Assembly (NCBI GenBank): GCA_044376115.1
Contig: JBILLK010000031.1
Coordinates: 59,231 to 123,230, forward strand
Origin: Polyangiaceae bacterium
GTDB lineage: Bacteria; Myxococcota_A; Polyangia; Polyangiales; Polyangiaceae
DNA length: 64,000 nucleotides
Direction: 5' to 3'
Every line of letters begins with the position of its first letter. Position 1 is the stretch's first letter. Below the pieces are notes generated by a model. It did not search any database. It worked only from the letters and a program-made list of their open reading frames with translations, and was not told the DNA's origin. A program made the translations under genes and the position numbers. Of the stretch, positions 28,035 to 37,538 are shown one piece after another.

Positions 28035-29255
28035 ATGGCCTTCATTGCTGCTTCGCTCGGCTCGTCTGTACCCACCCATCCGCTCTGCCGCTTTGGCCTG
28101 CTGGGCTTGCTTGCGCTAACCGCAGCGATGGCCGGCTGCGGTGATGACAGCGGCTCGGGTGGGTCTGGCGGCAGCGGAGCAGGCGGTAGCGGTGCCGGCC
28201 CTGCCGAAGTTCAAGGGTGTGAGGGCACCACGCTGCTCGAGTCGGACGCGGATACTTCGGTCGCTGGACCCTGGCCGGTGGGAGCCAAGACGCTCAACAT
28301 CGGCGGCCTGGTCGTTGAAGCATGGTACCCGGCCAAGCTTGGGAGTGAGGCGGGCGCCTCGGCGGTGCAGTACGATATTCGCGAGTTCTTGCCTCCCGCC
28401 GAGGCCGACAAGATCTCCGAGGAGGACCGACCGCGCCAGCTCTGCGATTGCTTCGCCGACTTGCCGGTCGATGACGCCCGTGGACCCTACCCGGTGATCG
28501 TCTTCGTGCATGGAACGGCGGGCTTTCGTTCGCAGTCGCTGGAGCTCGTGACCCATTGGGCGAGCCGCGGTTTCGTCGTTTTGGCGGCTGACCACCCGGG
28601 CCTTTACCTCAAGGATTTGCTCGGCGGTTTCTGCGGCTCAGGCCCCGTCGACCGTGACCTCGACGGAGACTTGGCCGCGCTCGTAGCTGCGGTGAAGAGC
28701 GGTGTTGGGCTTGGTGAGCTGGGCGCGGTCGTGGACAGCGCACGCATCGGTATGAGCGGGCATTCGGCCGGTGGAGGGGCGATCGAGCAGCAGGGCGCAG
28801 TCGCGCAGGTGCTGATTCCGATGGCTGCTGGCGGAGTCACGGCGGGGGCAACGCTCAAGAGCACGCTGGTGTTCGGCGCAAAGGAGGACCAGGTCGTCGA
28901 GTTCAGCGCGCAACAGGAGGGCTACGCCGCTTCCCCAGCGCCCAAGCGGCTGGCGGGGCTAAGCCCGGCTGGGCACCTAGCCTTCGCGAGCCTTTGTGAA
29001 ATCGTCAATGACGCGGGCGAAGATCTGGTGACCATCGGGAAGGCCAATCAAGTGTGCGGTCTCGAGTTTGCGGACGCTCTCTTCGACTGCGACCCGAGCT
29101 ACGTCGAGGCCGAGCGCGGCTGGACGATCGTCAATGACCTGACGAGCGCCACCTTCGAGGAGACCCTCCATTGCCAGCCATCGCGCGCCGAAAGGCTTGC
29201 TGGCGCGATGGAGCGCTACCCTGAGATCGCCGAGTACCAAGAAGAGCTTCAGTAG
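28035..29255 (+). CDS. Alpha/beta-hydrolase lipoprotein
   Basis: Lipobox MAGC; YPVIVFVHG, HWASRGFVV, GHSAGG nucleophile elbow, D..V and GH. Confidence 0.85.
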   Translation: MAFIAASLGSSVPTHPLCRFGLLGLLALTAAMAGCGDDSGSGGSGGSGAGGSGAGPAEVQGCEGTTLLESDADTSVAGPWPVGAKTLNIGGLVVEAWYPAKLGSEAGASAVQYDIREFLPPAEADKISEEDRPRQLCDCFADLPVDDARGPYPVIVFVHGTAGFRSQSLELVTHWASRGFVVLAADHPGLYLKDLLGGFCGSGPVDRDLDGDLAALVAAVKSGVGLGELGAVVDSARIGMSGHSAGGGAIEQQGAVAQVLIPMAAGGVTAGATLKSTLVFGAKEDQVVEFSAQQEGYAASPAPKRLAGLSPAGHLAFASLCEIVNDAGEDLVTIGKANQVCGLEFADALFDCDPSYVEAERGWTIVNDLTSATFEETLHCQPSRAERLAGAMERYPEIAEYQEELQ

Positions 29256-29296
29256 CCTCTTTAAGTCGGGCCACGAGTGACCGTTCTCGCTGATGG

Positions 29297-29860
29297 ATGA
29301 AAGGCATTGTCTTCAACATCTTCGAGCGGTTCGTTCAGCAGACGTGGAGCCTCGACGTGTGGGAGGAGGTGCTCGATTCGACCGAGCTCATCACCAAAGA
29401 CCCCTTCGTCGGTCCCGGGGACTACCCCGACGCGGACATGTTTGCCCTCGTGGGCACCGTTTGCGCGCGTTTCCAGCTGGACGTGCCGACTGCGCTGCGG
29501 ACCTTTGGTCGTTTCGCCTTCGCCGAGCTGAGCGCGGCTACGCCTCAATTCGTAGCGAGCTTCACTCACCCGAAGCCGTTCCTGATGACGCTCGGGGACA
29601 TTGTTCATCGCGACGTGAAGAAGCTCTACCCAGCTGCGACCCCGCCGGAAATCGACGCGATTGATACGGGGCCGGACCGACTCCGGCTGGTCTACGCGTC
29701 AAAGCGTGGCTTGGGCGAACTAGCGCACGGTCTGATTGAGGGCGTCAGCGACCACTTCAAGACGCCTTGTCAGGTGAGCGTGGCGGACCGCACGCCGGAC
29801 AATTCACGCTGGGTGTTCGATCTCGACTTTGCCGCACAGCCGTCTGGGGTTACCGGCTGA
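29297..29860 (+). CDS. H-NOX (heme NO-binding) protein
   Basis: MKGIVF start, YPD, proximal His in IVHRDVKKLYP..PP, YxSxR (YASKR), GLIEG. Confidence 0.93.
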   Translation: MKGIVFNIFERFVQQTWSLDVWEEVLDSTELITKDPFVGPGDYPDADMFALVGTVCARFQLDVPTALRTFGRFAFAELSAATPQFVASFTHPKPFLMTLGDIVHRDVKKLYPAATPPEIDAIDTGPDRLRLVYASKRGLGELAHGLIEGVSDHFKTPCQVSVADRTPDNSRWVFDLDFAAQPSGVTG

Positions 29861-31140
29861 TGGACGTCCACGCCCGACGGCTGGAGCGCGCGGAGCGAAA
29901 GGTCGCGATCCTCGAGCAGCTGATCGAGGACAAGACCCGTGAACTGTACGACGCGAACGCGGTGATCGAGAAAGATCGAAGCTTTCTCAATCGCGTGTTC
30001 GACTCGATGTCGAGTGCGCTTTGGGTGTTCAATTTTCGCGGTCGGATCGAGATGGCCAACGAGGCGGCCTTTTCCCTGGTTGGCGTCGGTGACGAGCCGC
30101 CGCCGCTCGAGTTTGAGCCGATGTTCCCGGACCTTCAGTTCGAGGCGATCGGTGAGCAGCTGCGCGTCGAAACCAGGCTGTACCGCAGAGACGGTTCTTA
30201 CCTTCCGGTGATGTTTGGCGCGACCACCACGGGCTCGGGCGTCGATCTGCAGCTGATCGTCAACTGTGTCGATCTCTCGGAGAAGAAGCGCTTGGAGTTC
30301 CAATTGCAGAACGCTCAGAAGCTCGAGGCCGTAGGCCAGCTCGCGGCGGGCGTGGCGCACGAAGTCAATACGCCAATCCAGTTCATCAACGACGGCGTGC
30401 GGTTCCTCAAGGAGTGCGTGGCCGATCTTGCGACCGGTTGGAGCGCCCGCAGCGAGCTATTGGCTGAACTGAGCGCCCGCGGATTGCTGAGCGCTGCGGA
30501 TCAACGTGCCCTCGCCTCCATCGATACGGCCGCCGACGTCGACTTCCTGTTTGCAGAAGCGCCGGCCGCAGCGGAGCGGACGCTGCGTGGTGTCGGTCGC
30601 GTCGCGGAGATCGTGCGTGCGTTGCGTGCCTTCGCGCACCCCGATGGTGACTTGTGCGCCCCTGCCGATGTGAATTCGGCGATCCGCGACGCAGCGATCG
30701 TCGCCACCGGCGAGTACAAGCAGGTTGCATCGCTCAAGCTAGACCTCACCGAGCTGCCGCCCGTTGAATGCAACCTCGGCGAGCTCAATCAGGTCTTTCT
30801 CAATCTGATCGTCAACGCGGCGCACGCCATCGCCGACCGCCACTCCGAGGGTTCGGGCCTCATCCAGATCACGAGTCGCGTGGAGCCGGGCGGTGTTTGC
30901 GTACGCGTTAGCGATAACGGTGCCGGCGTCCCCGAGGCGGTGCGGTCGCGCATCTTTGAGCCGTTCTTCACCACCAAACCGCTGGGCAAGGGCACCGGGC
31001 AAGGTCTGGCCCTTGCCCACACGATGGTTGAGGTGCGGCACGGAGGGCAGCTGACGTTCGAGACCGAGCTCGGCGTTGGAACCACCTTCATCGTCAGACT
31101 TCCTATGAAGCGTGTGCAGAAGGTGAGCCGAGCCGCATGA
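29860..31140 (+). CDS. Cytoplasmic PAS-containing sensor histidine kinase
   Basis: TGATG overlap with the H-NOX gene; H-box AHEVNTP, N-box QVFLNLIVNA, DNGAG, FEPFFTTK..GKGTGQGL. Confidence 0.92.
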   Translation: MDVHARRLERAERKVAILEQLIEDKTRELYDANAVIEKDRSFLNRVFDSMSSALWVFNFRGRIEMANEAAFSLVGVGDEPPPLEFEPMFPDLQFEAIGEQLRVETRLYRRDGSYLPVMFGATTTGSGVDLQLIVNCVDLSEKKRLEFQLQNAQKLEAVGQLAAGVAHEVNTPIQFINDGVRFLKECVADLATGWSARSELLAELSARGLLSAADQRALASIDTAADVDFLFAEAPAAAERTLRGVGRVAEIVRALRAFAHPDGDLCAPADVNSAIRDAAIVATGEYKQVASLKLDLTELPPVECNLGELNQVFLNLIVNAAHAIADRHSEGSGLIQITSRVEPGGVCVRVSDNGAGVPEAVRSRIFEPFFTTKPLGKGTGQGLALAHTMVEVRHGGQLTFETELGVGTTFIVRLPMKRVQKVSRAA

Positions 31141-32243
31141 TCTGGAGAGCCTTGGTCGTCGATGACGATCCCGAAATGCTGGCGTCGCTGTTGATGCGTG
31201 GGCGCAGGCATCGTCAGTCGTGGACCTTCATATCAGCACAAGGTGGACAGGCTGCGCTCGATAAACTCAAGAGCGACACCTTCGATCTTCTGCTGACGGA
31301 CCTCACGATGCCTGGGACGGGAGGCGGGGCGGTGCTCTCGGCGGCGCGCGAGTTTGCACCCGAGACGGCCAGATTCGTACTTTCGGGGCGCTCCGACCGT
31401 TGGATGGCCAAGGAGGCCTCGGCCGCCCACCAGATCTTTACCAAGCCCGCCGACCTGGACGAGGTCCTCGGGCAAGCCGAGGTAGTCATCAAGGCGCGAG
31501 CCTTCCTGGAGCCGGTGGAGATTCGCGCGGTGACCTCCGGTGACGGGGTCCCTCCTTCGCCTAGGATCTTCGCTGCCCTGCGCGCGGCCCTCAGTGCGCC
31601 GGACTACGATCTGAACTCGGTTGCCCGCATCGTTGAGCAGGACATGACGGTGACCGGGCGCGTGTTGCAGCTCGCCAGTTCGAGTGCTCTCGGTCCGCGT
31701 CGCAAGGTCGGGAGTGTGCGTGAGGCTGTGCTGGCGCTCGGTAAAGACGCCATTGAGCAACTCGTGCTGCTCGAGGAGCTGATGGGCTCGCCGCCGACCC
31801 AGGAGCGCGACGCGCTCCGTGACCACGCTCTTTTGGTAGGGCGTATAGCCTCCGCCTTGATGCCCGAGTGCCAAGAGAGCTTCGTCGCTGGCGTGCTGCA
31901 CGACGTGGGCCACTTGATGTGCAACGAGCCCGACGCAGCCGGTGGTCGCCATGGCTATTTGGGCAGCTACGCCGCCGCACTCTGGGGCTTTCCCGTCAAC
32001 GTGGTCGATGCCATTCGCGAACACCATCGCCCACCGTGGGGCAAACAGGCGAGCCTTGGCAGCGCCCTTTGGTTCGCCGATCGGATCGCGGACAGCGGGC
32101 AATCCGCGCTCGACGATCCGTCTCTCGAAACCCGATTTGATCCGGGCCTGACCCTTCGTTGGCGCGAGGTGGGCTTTAGAATGTTGCAGCAAGAGCCGAA
32201 CAAGCAAGAGAACGCGCATCGCGCGGCGGGGAGCCATAGGTGA
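31137..32243 (+). CDS. Response regulator with REC + HDOD domains
   Basis: LVVDDD, TDLTMPG and KP; HDOD-like ..EQD...VLQLA.S, LHDVGH and WGFP...AI..HH. Confidence 0.85.
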   Translation: MIWRALVVDDDPEMLASLLMRGRRHRQSWTFISAQGGQAALDKLKSDTFDLLLTDLTMPGTGGGAVLSAAREFAPETARFVLSGRSDRWMAKEASAAHQIFTKPADLDEVLGQAEVVIKARAFLEPVEIRAVTSGDGVPPSPRIFAALRAALSAPDYDLNSVARIVEQDMTVTGRVLQLASSSALGPRRKVGSVREAVLALGKDAIEQLVLLEELMGSPPTQERDALRDHALLVGRIASALMPECQESFVAGVLHDVGHLMCNEPDAAGGRHGYLGSYAAALWGFPVNVVDAIREHHRPPWGKQASLGSALWFADRIADSGQSALDDPSLETRFDPGLTLRWREVGFRMLQQEPNKQENAHRAAGSHR

Positions 32244-32247
32244 GACC

Positions 32248-32670
32248 ATGACGAGGCGGTTGCGCGTGTTGTTCGTAGACGACGATGTGGACTTGCTTGC
32301 TGGTGTTCGGCTCGGTCTGCGCAAGGCGCCATACGAGATCTTTACGGCGAATTCTGCCGATGAAGCTGCTGCGGTACTGCTTGAAAACACCGTGGACGTC
32401 GTAGTCTCCGATGAGCGCATGCCGGAGGTCGCCGGAAGTCGGTTCCTGGGCTTTGTGCACCGCAACTTCCCCAACACGGTACGCATTGCACTCACCGGGC
32501 AGGCGTCGCTGGATGCGGTCAAACGCGCGGTCAACGAGGGAGGCATCAGTCGCTTGTTGACCAAGCCGTGCTCGCCCGAAGAGATCGCCAGCGCTATCAC
32601 CGAGAGCTTTCAAGAGCGCGTCGCCAGTGCGACCGCCACGTTGAAGGCGGATGCCGAGGCTCAGCTATGA
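32248..32670 (+). CDS. Single-domain response regulator
   Basis: LFVDDD, SDERMP, LTG and KP. Confidence 0.9.
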   Translation: MTRRLRVLFVDDDVDLLAGVRLGLRKAPYEIFTANSADEAAAVLLENTVDVVVSDERMPEVAGSRFLGFVHRNFPNTVRIALTGQASLDAVKRAVNEGGISRLLTKPCSPEEIASAITESFQERVASATATLKADAEAQL

Positions 32671-33818
32671 CACACGTACCGACCGTCCTGTTCGTCGACG
32701 ATGACGTTGACCTAACCGCAGGGTTGCGGCTGATGTTGCGCAAGGAGCGGTTTCGGGTAATCACCTGCAACTCGCCCTTCGAGGCGCTCGAGATACTGGG
32801 ACGAGAGCCGATCGACGTGGTGGTCTCCGACGACCAGATGCCGGTGATGAGCGGCGCCGAGCTGCTTGCGAAGTTGCGTGATGAGTATCCGGACGTGGTT
32901 CGAATCCTGCTAACAGGACAGACCGACATCAAGCGAGCGGTCAACGCCGTGAACGACGCGAGCGTCTTCCGCTTCTTGCTCAAGCCGTGTGATCGCCCGT
33001 TTTTGGTAGCGACGATCGAGGCTGCGTTTGCCTCTGGTATGTCGCTGCCCCCCGCACGTCTGGAGGAACAGCGGATTTTCGAAGAGGAGCTGTCGCAGCT
33101 CTGGCTCGCTCATCAGCCCATCTATCAGCGTAACGGCTCGGTGGCTGGCTTCGAGCTGCTCATGCGCAGCTCCTCGCCTAGCTTCCGCGGTCCGGAGAAG
33201 TTAATCGCCATGGCTTCGCTGCTCGAGCGCAGCGCAGATCTCGACCGGTCGGTCGGCAATCGAGCGGTGTACGCGGCCGAAGCGCTCGGTGACCGACTGT
33301 TGTTCGTCAACGTCGATCCACCGTCTCTTGGGCGGGACGATCTGTTTGCGCCGTTGCTTCCCCAAGCGCACCACATCGTCCTCGAGATCACCGAACGCGA
33401 CGCGCGCGGTGAGAAGAAGCAGCTTGAGGCGCGCATTCGCGAACTCAAGGCGATGGGCTTTCGCGTCGCCGTCGACGACTTGGGCTCGGGTTATGCTGGG
33501 CTGAATTCGGTCGTGGAGCTCAGTCCCGACATCGTCAAGCTCGACATGGAGTTGATTCGCGACGTCGACCAAAGCTTCGTCAAGCGGCGGCTGGTACATT
33601 CGCTATGCGACGCGGCGGAGGACCTCGGCATCAAGGTCGTGGCCGAGGGCATCGAGCGGCTCGCGGAATTGGATGCGACGTTCGAGGCCGGATGCCACTA
33701 CTTTCAGGGCTACCTGCTCGGGCGACCGGGACGCGACCCGGTCTCATCGGCCTGGCCTCGCACCAGCCGATCAGCGCGACCGCCAGCCCGCTCTCAGAGC
33801 TGGCTGCCAGGAATCTGA
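32667..33818 (+). CDS. REC-EAL c-di-GMP phosphodiesterase
   Basis: REC (SDDQMP); EAL motifs QPI, ELLMR, FVNV, EITE, DDLGSGY, KLD, AEGIE and QGY; ATGA overlap with the previous gene. Confidence 0.9.
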   Translation: MTHVPTVLFVDDDVDLTAGLRLMLRKERFRVITCNSPFEALEILGREPIDVVVSDDQMPVMSGAELLAKLRDEYPDVVRILLTGQTDIKRAVNAVNDASVFRFLLKPCDRPFLVATIEAAFASGMSLPPARLEEQRIFEEELSQLWLAHQPIYQRNGSVAGFELLMRSSSPSFRGPEKLIAMASLLERSADLDRSVGNRAVYAAEALGDRLLFVNVDPPSLGRDDLFAPLLPQAHHIVLEITERDARGEKKQLEARIRELKAMGFRVAVDDLGSGYAGLNSVVELSPDIVKLDMELIRDVDQSFVKRRLVHSLCDAAEDLGIKVVAEGIERLAELDATFEAGCHYFQGYLLGRPGRDPVSSAWPRTSRSARPPARSQSWLPGI

Positions 33819-34687
33819 GGCAACGTTAGGTCAAACTCGGCCCTTACGGCGAAGTGGTCGGAAGGGTGGGTGGCCGTGCCGTCTGTGTGCTGAAGCGGCC
33901 CACGCATCGCCAATTGAACGTCGGCCACACGCAGCCAACGGCCGGCGGGCTCGCGGTAAAGGATGTAGTCGATGCGCTGTTGCGCGGCGTTCGGCTCGAA
34001 CCTCCGCGCCAGCACGTTTCCGCCTGGGTGCGGATCGAAGGTCACCTCGTCGGCTTCGGCGCCGAGATCCACGAGGTCGTGGAAGGTCTCGCGCAGGGCA
34101 TCGTACTCACGCAAAGCGCGGCTCTGCTGGAGACCGCACACGTTGAAGTCACCACAAATGACGAGCGGTCGCGCGCGATCCCCGACTTCGTCAGCAAGCT
34201 CACGCAGCTCGCGCAGCTGCCGGATGCGCACGCGGCCGGCCCGCTCGTTGTAGCCGGATTGCATGTGGGTGGTGATCACGTCGAGCTCGTGACCCGGCGC
34301 GAGCTCGATACGCGCGTGGAGCATGCCCTTTCGAGCGAAGCGTTCGGAGCCGACGTGGGGCCGAGCAAAGCCGCGCGAGAGCTCGGCTTGGATCGGCAAG
34401 CGTGAGGCGACGCCGAGGCCCGAGCCACCCACGGTCAACGGGATCAACGTCGTTCGATTGTGATCACGACGCTTGTGCGTGTGAGCCAGCTTGTCGAAGA
34501 ACTGTTCGGCATCGGAGAGAAACAGCTCCTGAAAGCAGACGACATCGGTCGAGTGAAGCTCGCGCTGAAGGTCGGCGTGCTCAAAGCGATGGGCGTCCGC
34601 TGCCCCGCGCCAGCGCAGGAACGCGATCACGTTCATGGCCGCCCCAAAGCAGTTCCAACTGGCGACGGAGACGCGCCCTTTGCTCAA
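33794..34687 (-). CDS. Endonuclease/exonuclease/phosphatase family protein, sphingomyelinase-like
   Basis: SWN, QELF, GSGL..SRLPI, KG, THMQ, GDFN, RIDY and SDH; TTG start overlapping the upstream stop. Confidence 0.85.
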   Translation of the reverse strand: MSKGRVSVASWNCFGAAMNVIAFLRWRGAADAHRFEHADLQRELHSTDVVCFQELFLSDAEQFFDKLAHTHKRRDHNRTTLIPLTVGGSGLGVASRLPIQAELSRGFARPHVGSERFARKGMLHARIELAPGHELDVITTHMQSGYNERAGRVRIRQLRELRELADEVGDRARPLVICGDFNVCGLQQSRALREYDALRETFHDLVDLGAEADEVTFDPHPGGNVLARRFEPNAAQQRIDYILYREPAGRWLRVADVQLAMRGPLQHTDGTATHPSDHFAVRAEFDLTLPQIPGSQL

Positions 34688-35568
34688 CGTCCGGCCGTCT
34701 CCAGCGCGGCTGCCGGGGGCTCTGACGCCAGTACCCAATCCAACGCAGCGCCCATCACACTCTCGGCCTCCGCTCCGTATTCACCGTGACGAGCTCCGGG
34801 CAAAGAGAGAAACTTTGCGTTGGACCCCGATGCGACGAACTCGTCGCGGGCCAACTGTAGGTGCTGATGCACGTCTTTGTCGCCAGCCATCAGCAAGATT
34901 GCAGCGCTCTTCTTGAGGCTGCCGGGCTTGGGTGCACGTGGGCCGCCGATCAAGACGACGCGCGGGTAGCGCTCGGGAAAGCGCGTCCCTAGCGCCTCGG
35001 CCATCAGCGAACCTTGCGAGTAACCGATGGCGACTCTGGGGGTCGCGGCCAAGCTCGTCCCGAGCTGCTCGTCGAGTTGCGCGAGGGTGCGCGCGATGCG
35101 TCGGTCGAGCCCGACGACATCTCCGCTCCACTTGTAGCGGTGGCCGTCGGCACAGACCTGGTCCCCCACCAGCGAGACGATCGTCCCGTGAGCTCGGGCC
35201 GCGCGCGGCCACGCGAGAAAAGCCTTGGGGTCGCCGCAGCGTCCATGGAGGTAGATCAGCGCTTGCTGCCCGCGTCCTGGCAGCACCAACGCTGCCTTCT
35301 CATAGCCAGCGCGGACCGAGACGAGCTCGGGAGTCTCCTCGATTGGAGGCTCTTCTGAACTCGCAGCGGGCGGCGGCTCCGCCGGAGTGGGAAGAGCCGT
35401 GTCCGCAGCCGTCGAGTTCGCTGCGCCTTCCGTAACGGGACCGGCTTCCGTTGCGCGGCGTTCGGGCGCTTGCTCCTGCGTATGCGGCGCCGTAAGCCGC
35501 GGCGGGCTTGCGTTTGCGCAGGCCAGCGCGAGGCTCGTCGTCAGAGACGCAAGGAGGTGCCGCCGCAT
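34684..35568 (-). CDS. Alpha/beta-hydrolase (esterase-like) lipoprotein
   Basis: Lipobox ALAC; YLHG, GYSQG, GDKD and ARHG triad-like motifs. Confidence 0.82.
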   Translation of the reverse strand: MRRHLLASLTTSLALACANASPPRLTAPHTQEQAPERRATEAGPVTEGAANSTAADTALPTPAEPPPAASSEEPPIEETPELVSVRAGYEKAALVLPGRGQQALIYLHGRCGDPKAFLAWPRAARAHGTIVSLVGDQVCADGHRYKWSGDVVGLDRRIARTLAQLDEQLGTSLAATPRVAIGYSQGSLMAEALGTRFPERYPRVVLIGGPRAPKPGSLKKSAAILLMAGDKDVHQHLQLARDEFVASGSNAKFLSLPGARHGEYGAEAESVMGAALDWVLASEPPAAALETAGR

Positions 35569-35667
35569 GGCTCATCGTAGGCCGCGGCTCCGCGCTGCCG
35601 CAACTTTGCCGACCGTGCCGTGACCTACGGCCGTGCTAGGGTGTGCCGCTCTTACCTCGGAACTAGC

Positions 35668-37236
35668 ATGAACAAGTCATCGGCAATCGTTTGCGCCCTG
35701 CTGCTTGGTGCGCCCTCTTCAGCGTTCGCAACCACCTATCAGGTTGGCGCAGACAAGCCCTACGCGACGATTCAGGACACCCTCAGCTTATTGGCGCCTG
35801 GTGACGTGGTCGAGGTGGACGGGGATGCTGTCTACCCGGGCGATCTCTGGTTTCGTGCGGAGCAGGGCGGTACGCCCGATGCGCCGGTCACGGTTCGCGG
35901 GATCCCCATCAACGGCAAGCGGCCGGTGATCAGTGGGATCGGCACCGAGCAGTACCACAACATCGTCGTGCTGCTGAACGCCAACAACTTCGTCTTCGAG
36001 GGCTTCGAGGTGACCGGTGCGCCCGGGGAGAATGACTTCGGCATCGTGCACAAGGCGGACAACGTCACAGTGCGGAATGTGGTCGTGCACGATATTCCCG
36101 GCCAGGGCCTGCTCGGCACCGACTTCGACTCGGGCTCTCTGACGCTGGAGTCCTCTGAGTTCTACAACAACGGCTCGGGGCAGCAGCGGCACCAAATCTA
36201 CATGGCGACCGACGAGAGCGTTTACCCCGGCGCGGTCTTTCGCATGCAGTTCTGTTATGTGCACGACGCAGCCGGAGGCAATAACGTCAAGTCGCGTTCG
36301 GAGCGCAACGAGATCTACTTCAATTGGATCGAGGGAGCGCTCTTTCACGAGCTGGATTTGATCGGTCCCGACGGTCAAGAGCCCTCGCTCGCGCGGGAGG
36401 ATTCCGACATCGTCGGCAACGTGCTGGTGAAGCACTCCGAATGGCGCATTGCGCGCATCGGCGGAGACGGTACCGGCAATACGGCAGGCCGCTATCGCTT
36501 CGTCAACAACACCATGGTGCTGAGCGCTAGCTCCGATGTGGCGATCGGCCTGCAGCAGTCGGTGGAGAGCGTCGAGATGCACAACAACGTGGTGGTCCGA
36601 GCGGGGGCCGCTGGCGGGGTGTTCGCCAATCACCTGGAGATCGAGGGCGCCGCGGCGCAGTGGTTCGGTAGCAACAACTGGATCCAAACGGGCTTCACCG
36701 ATATCCCTGCGAGCTTCAGCAATACCCTCAGCGGCGGCGCGGCTGGTTTCGTTGATGAGGCCGGCTTCGACTTCCGGCTCGCGGAAGGCTCCCCGCTGAT
36801 CGACCAGGGCACCAGCTCCACGCTGATCGGCTCGCCGGGCCTGCCGCAGCCGCTGGATGTACCAACCTTCATTCCGCCGTCGCGATTACTGAGCACCCAC
36901 GGCAATCGCCCGGAAGACGCGGCGTTGGACGTCGGTGCGTTTGAGTTCGGTACTGGCACCGAGCCGGGAGAGGGCACTGTATCCACCGGCGTCGGAGCGC
37001 CGGGAACTGGGCCAGGGGCGGGCCCCGGCGCCGGCGCCGGCTCAGCCGCAGGCAGCGGCGGTGACGGCGGCGCCAACGCCGACGCCGATGATGACCTCGT
37101 CGGTAGCTGCAATTGCGTTTTGGCCGAGGCTCCCTCCCAGCCGAGCCCAGGTCTCGCAGCGCTGGCCTGCGCGGCCTTGATTGCCGTGGGTCGCCGCGGG
37201 CGCCGCAGGCACAGCGAGGGTCGCAGGCGCCAATGA
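35668..37236 (+). CDS. Right-handed beta-helix secreted protein with MYXO-CTERM-like tail
   Basis: Signal peptide (AFA), LAPGDVVEV, parallel beta-helix repeats, DFRL...SPLIDQG..DVGAFE; C-terminal GSCNC..hydrophobic..RRGRRR. Confidence 0.82.
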   Translation: MNKSSAIVCALLLGAPSSAFATTYQVGADKPYATIQDTLSLLAPGDVVEVDGDAVYPGDLWFRAEQGGTPDAPVTVRGIPINGKRPVISGIGTEQYHNIVVLLNANNFVFEGFEVTGAPGENDFGIVHKADNVTVRNVVVHDIPGQGLLGTDFDSGSLTLESSEFYNNGSGQQRHQIYMATDESVYPGAVFRMQFCYVHDAAGGNNVKSRSERNEIYFNWIEGALFHELDLIGPDGQEPSLAREDSDIVGNVLVKHSEWRIARIGGDGTGNTAGRYRFVNNTMVLSASSDVAIGLQQSVESVEMHNNVVVRAGAAGGVFANHLEIEGAAAQWFGSNNWIQTGFTDIPASFSNTLSGGAAGFVDEAGFDFRLAEGSPLIDQGTSSTLIGSPGLPQPLDVPTFIPPSRLLSTHGNRPEDAALDVGAFEFGTGTEPGEGTVSTGVGAPGTGPGAGPGAGAGSAAGSGGDGGANADADDDLVGSCNCVLAEAPSQPSPGLAALACAALIAVGRRGRRRHSEGRRRQ

Positions 37237-37496
37237 CTCACGGGCCTTCGGCCGTATTTCTCTAAGAGGGCCCGAGTCATATTGTTTGCTGCATCCGCCT
37301 TCGGCGAATGACTCGTGCCAAGTCGAAGGTTCAACGGGCCTTCGGCCTTTTTTCTCTAAGGGGGCCCGAGTCATATTGTTTGCTGCATCCGCCTTCGGCG
37401 AATGACTCGTGCCAAGTCTCAAGGACGAACGGGGCCTTCGGCCTTTTTTCTCTAAGGGGGCCCGAGTCATATTGTTTGCTGCATCCGCCTTCGGCG
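37232..37496. repeat. Tandem array of three structured REP/REPIN-like units (75, 94 and 96 bp)
   Basis: Units at 37232-37306, 37307-37400 and 37401-37496 share AATGACTC..GGCCTTCGGCC..CTCTAAG.GGGCCCGAGTCATATTGTTTGCTGCATCCGCCTTCGGCG. Confidence 0.92.
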
Positions 37497-37538
37497 GAAC
37501 TGCTTCACCCGCCGCGTGGATGTACTACGTTGCCGACG

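Noticed and set aside
37232..37496. CRISPR array
   Set aside because: The constant part (~75 bp) is far longer than a CRISPR repeat, the variable parts are short and mutually similar rather than unique spacers, and no cas genes are in the window.
37232..37496. Integron attC sites or tRNA genes
   Set aside because: No RYYYAAC...GTTRRRY box pair, no cassette ORFs between units and no integrase; no T-loop/anticodon cloverleaf pattern.
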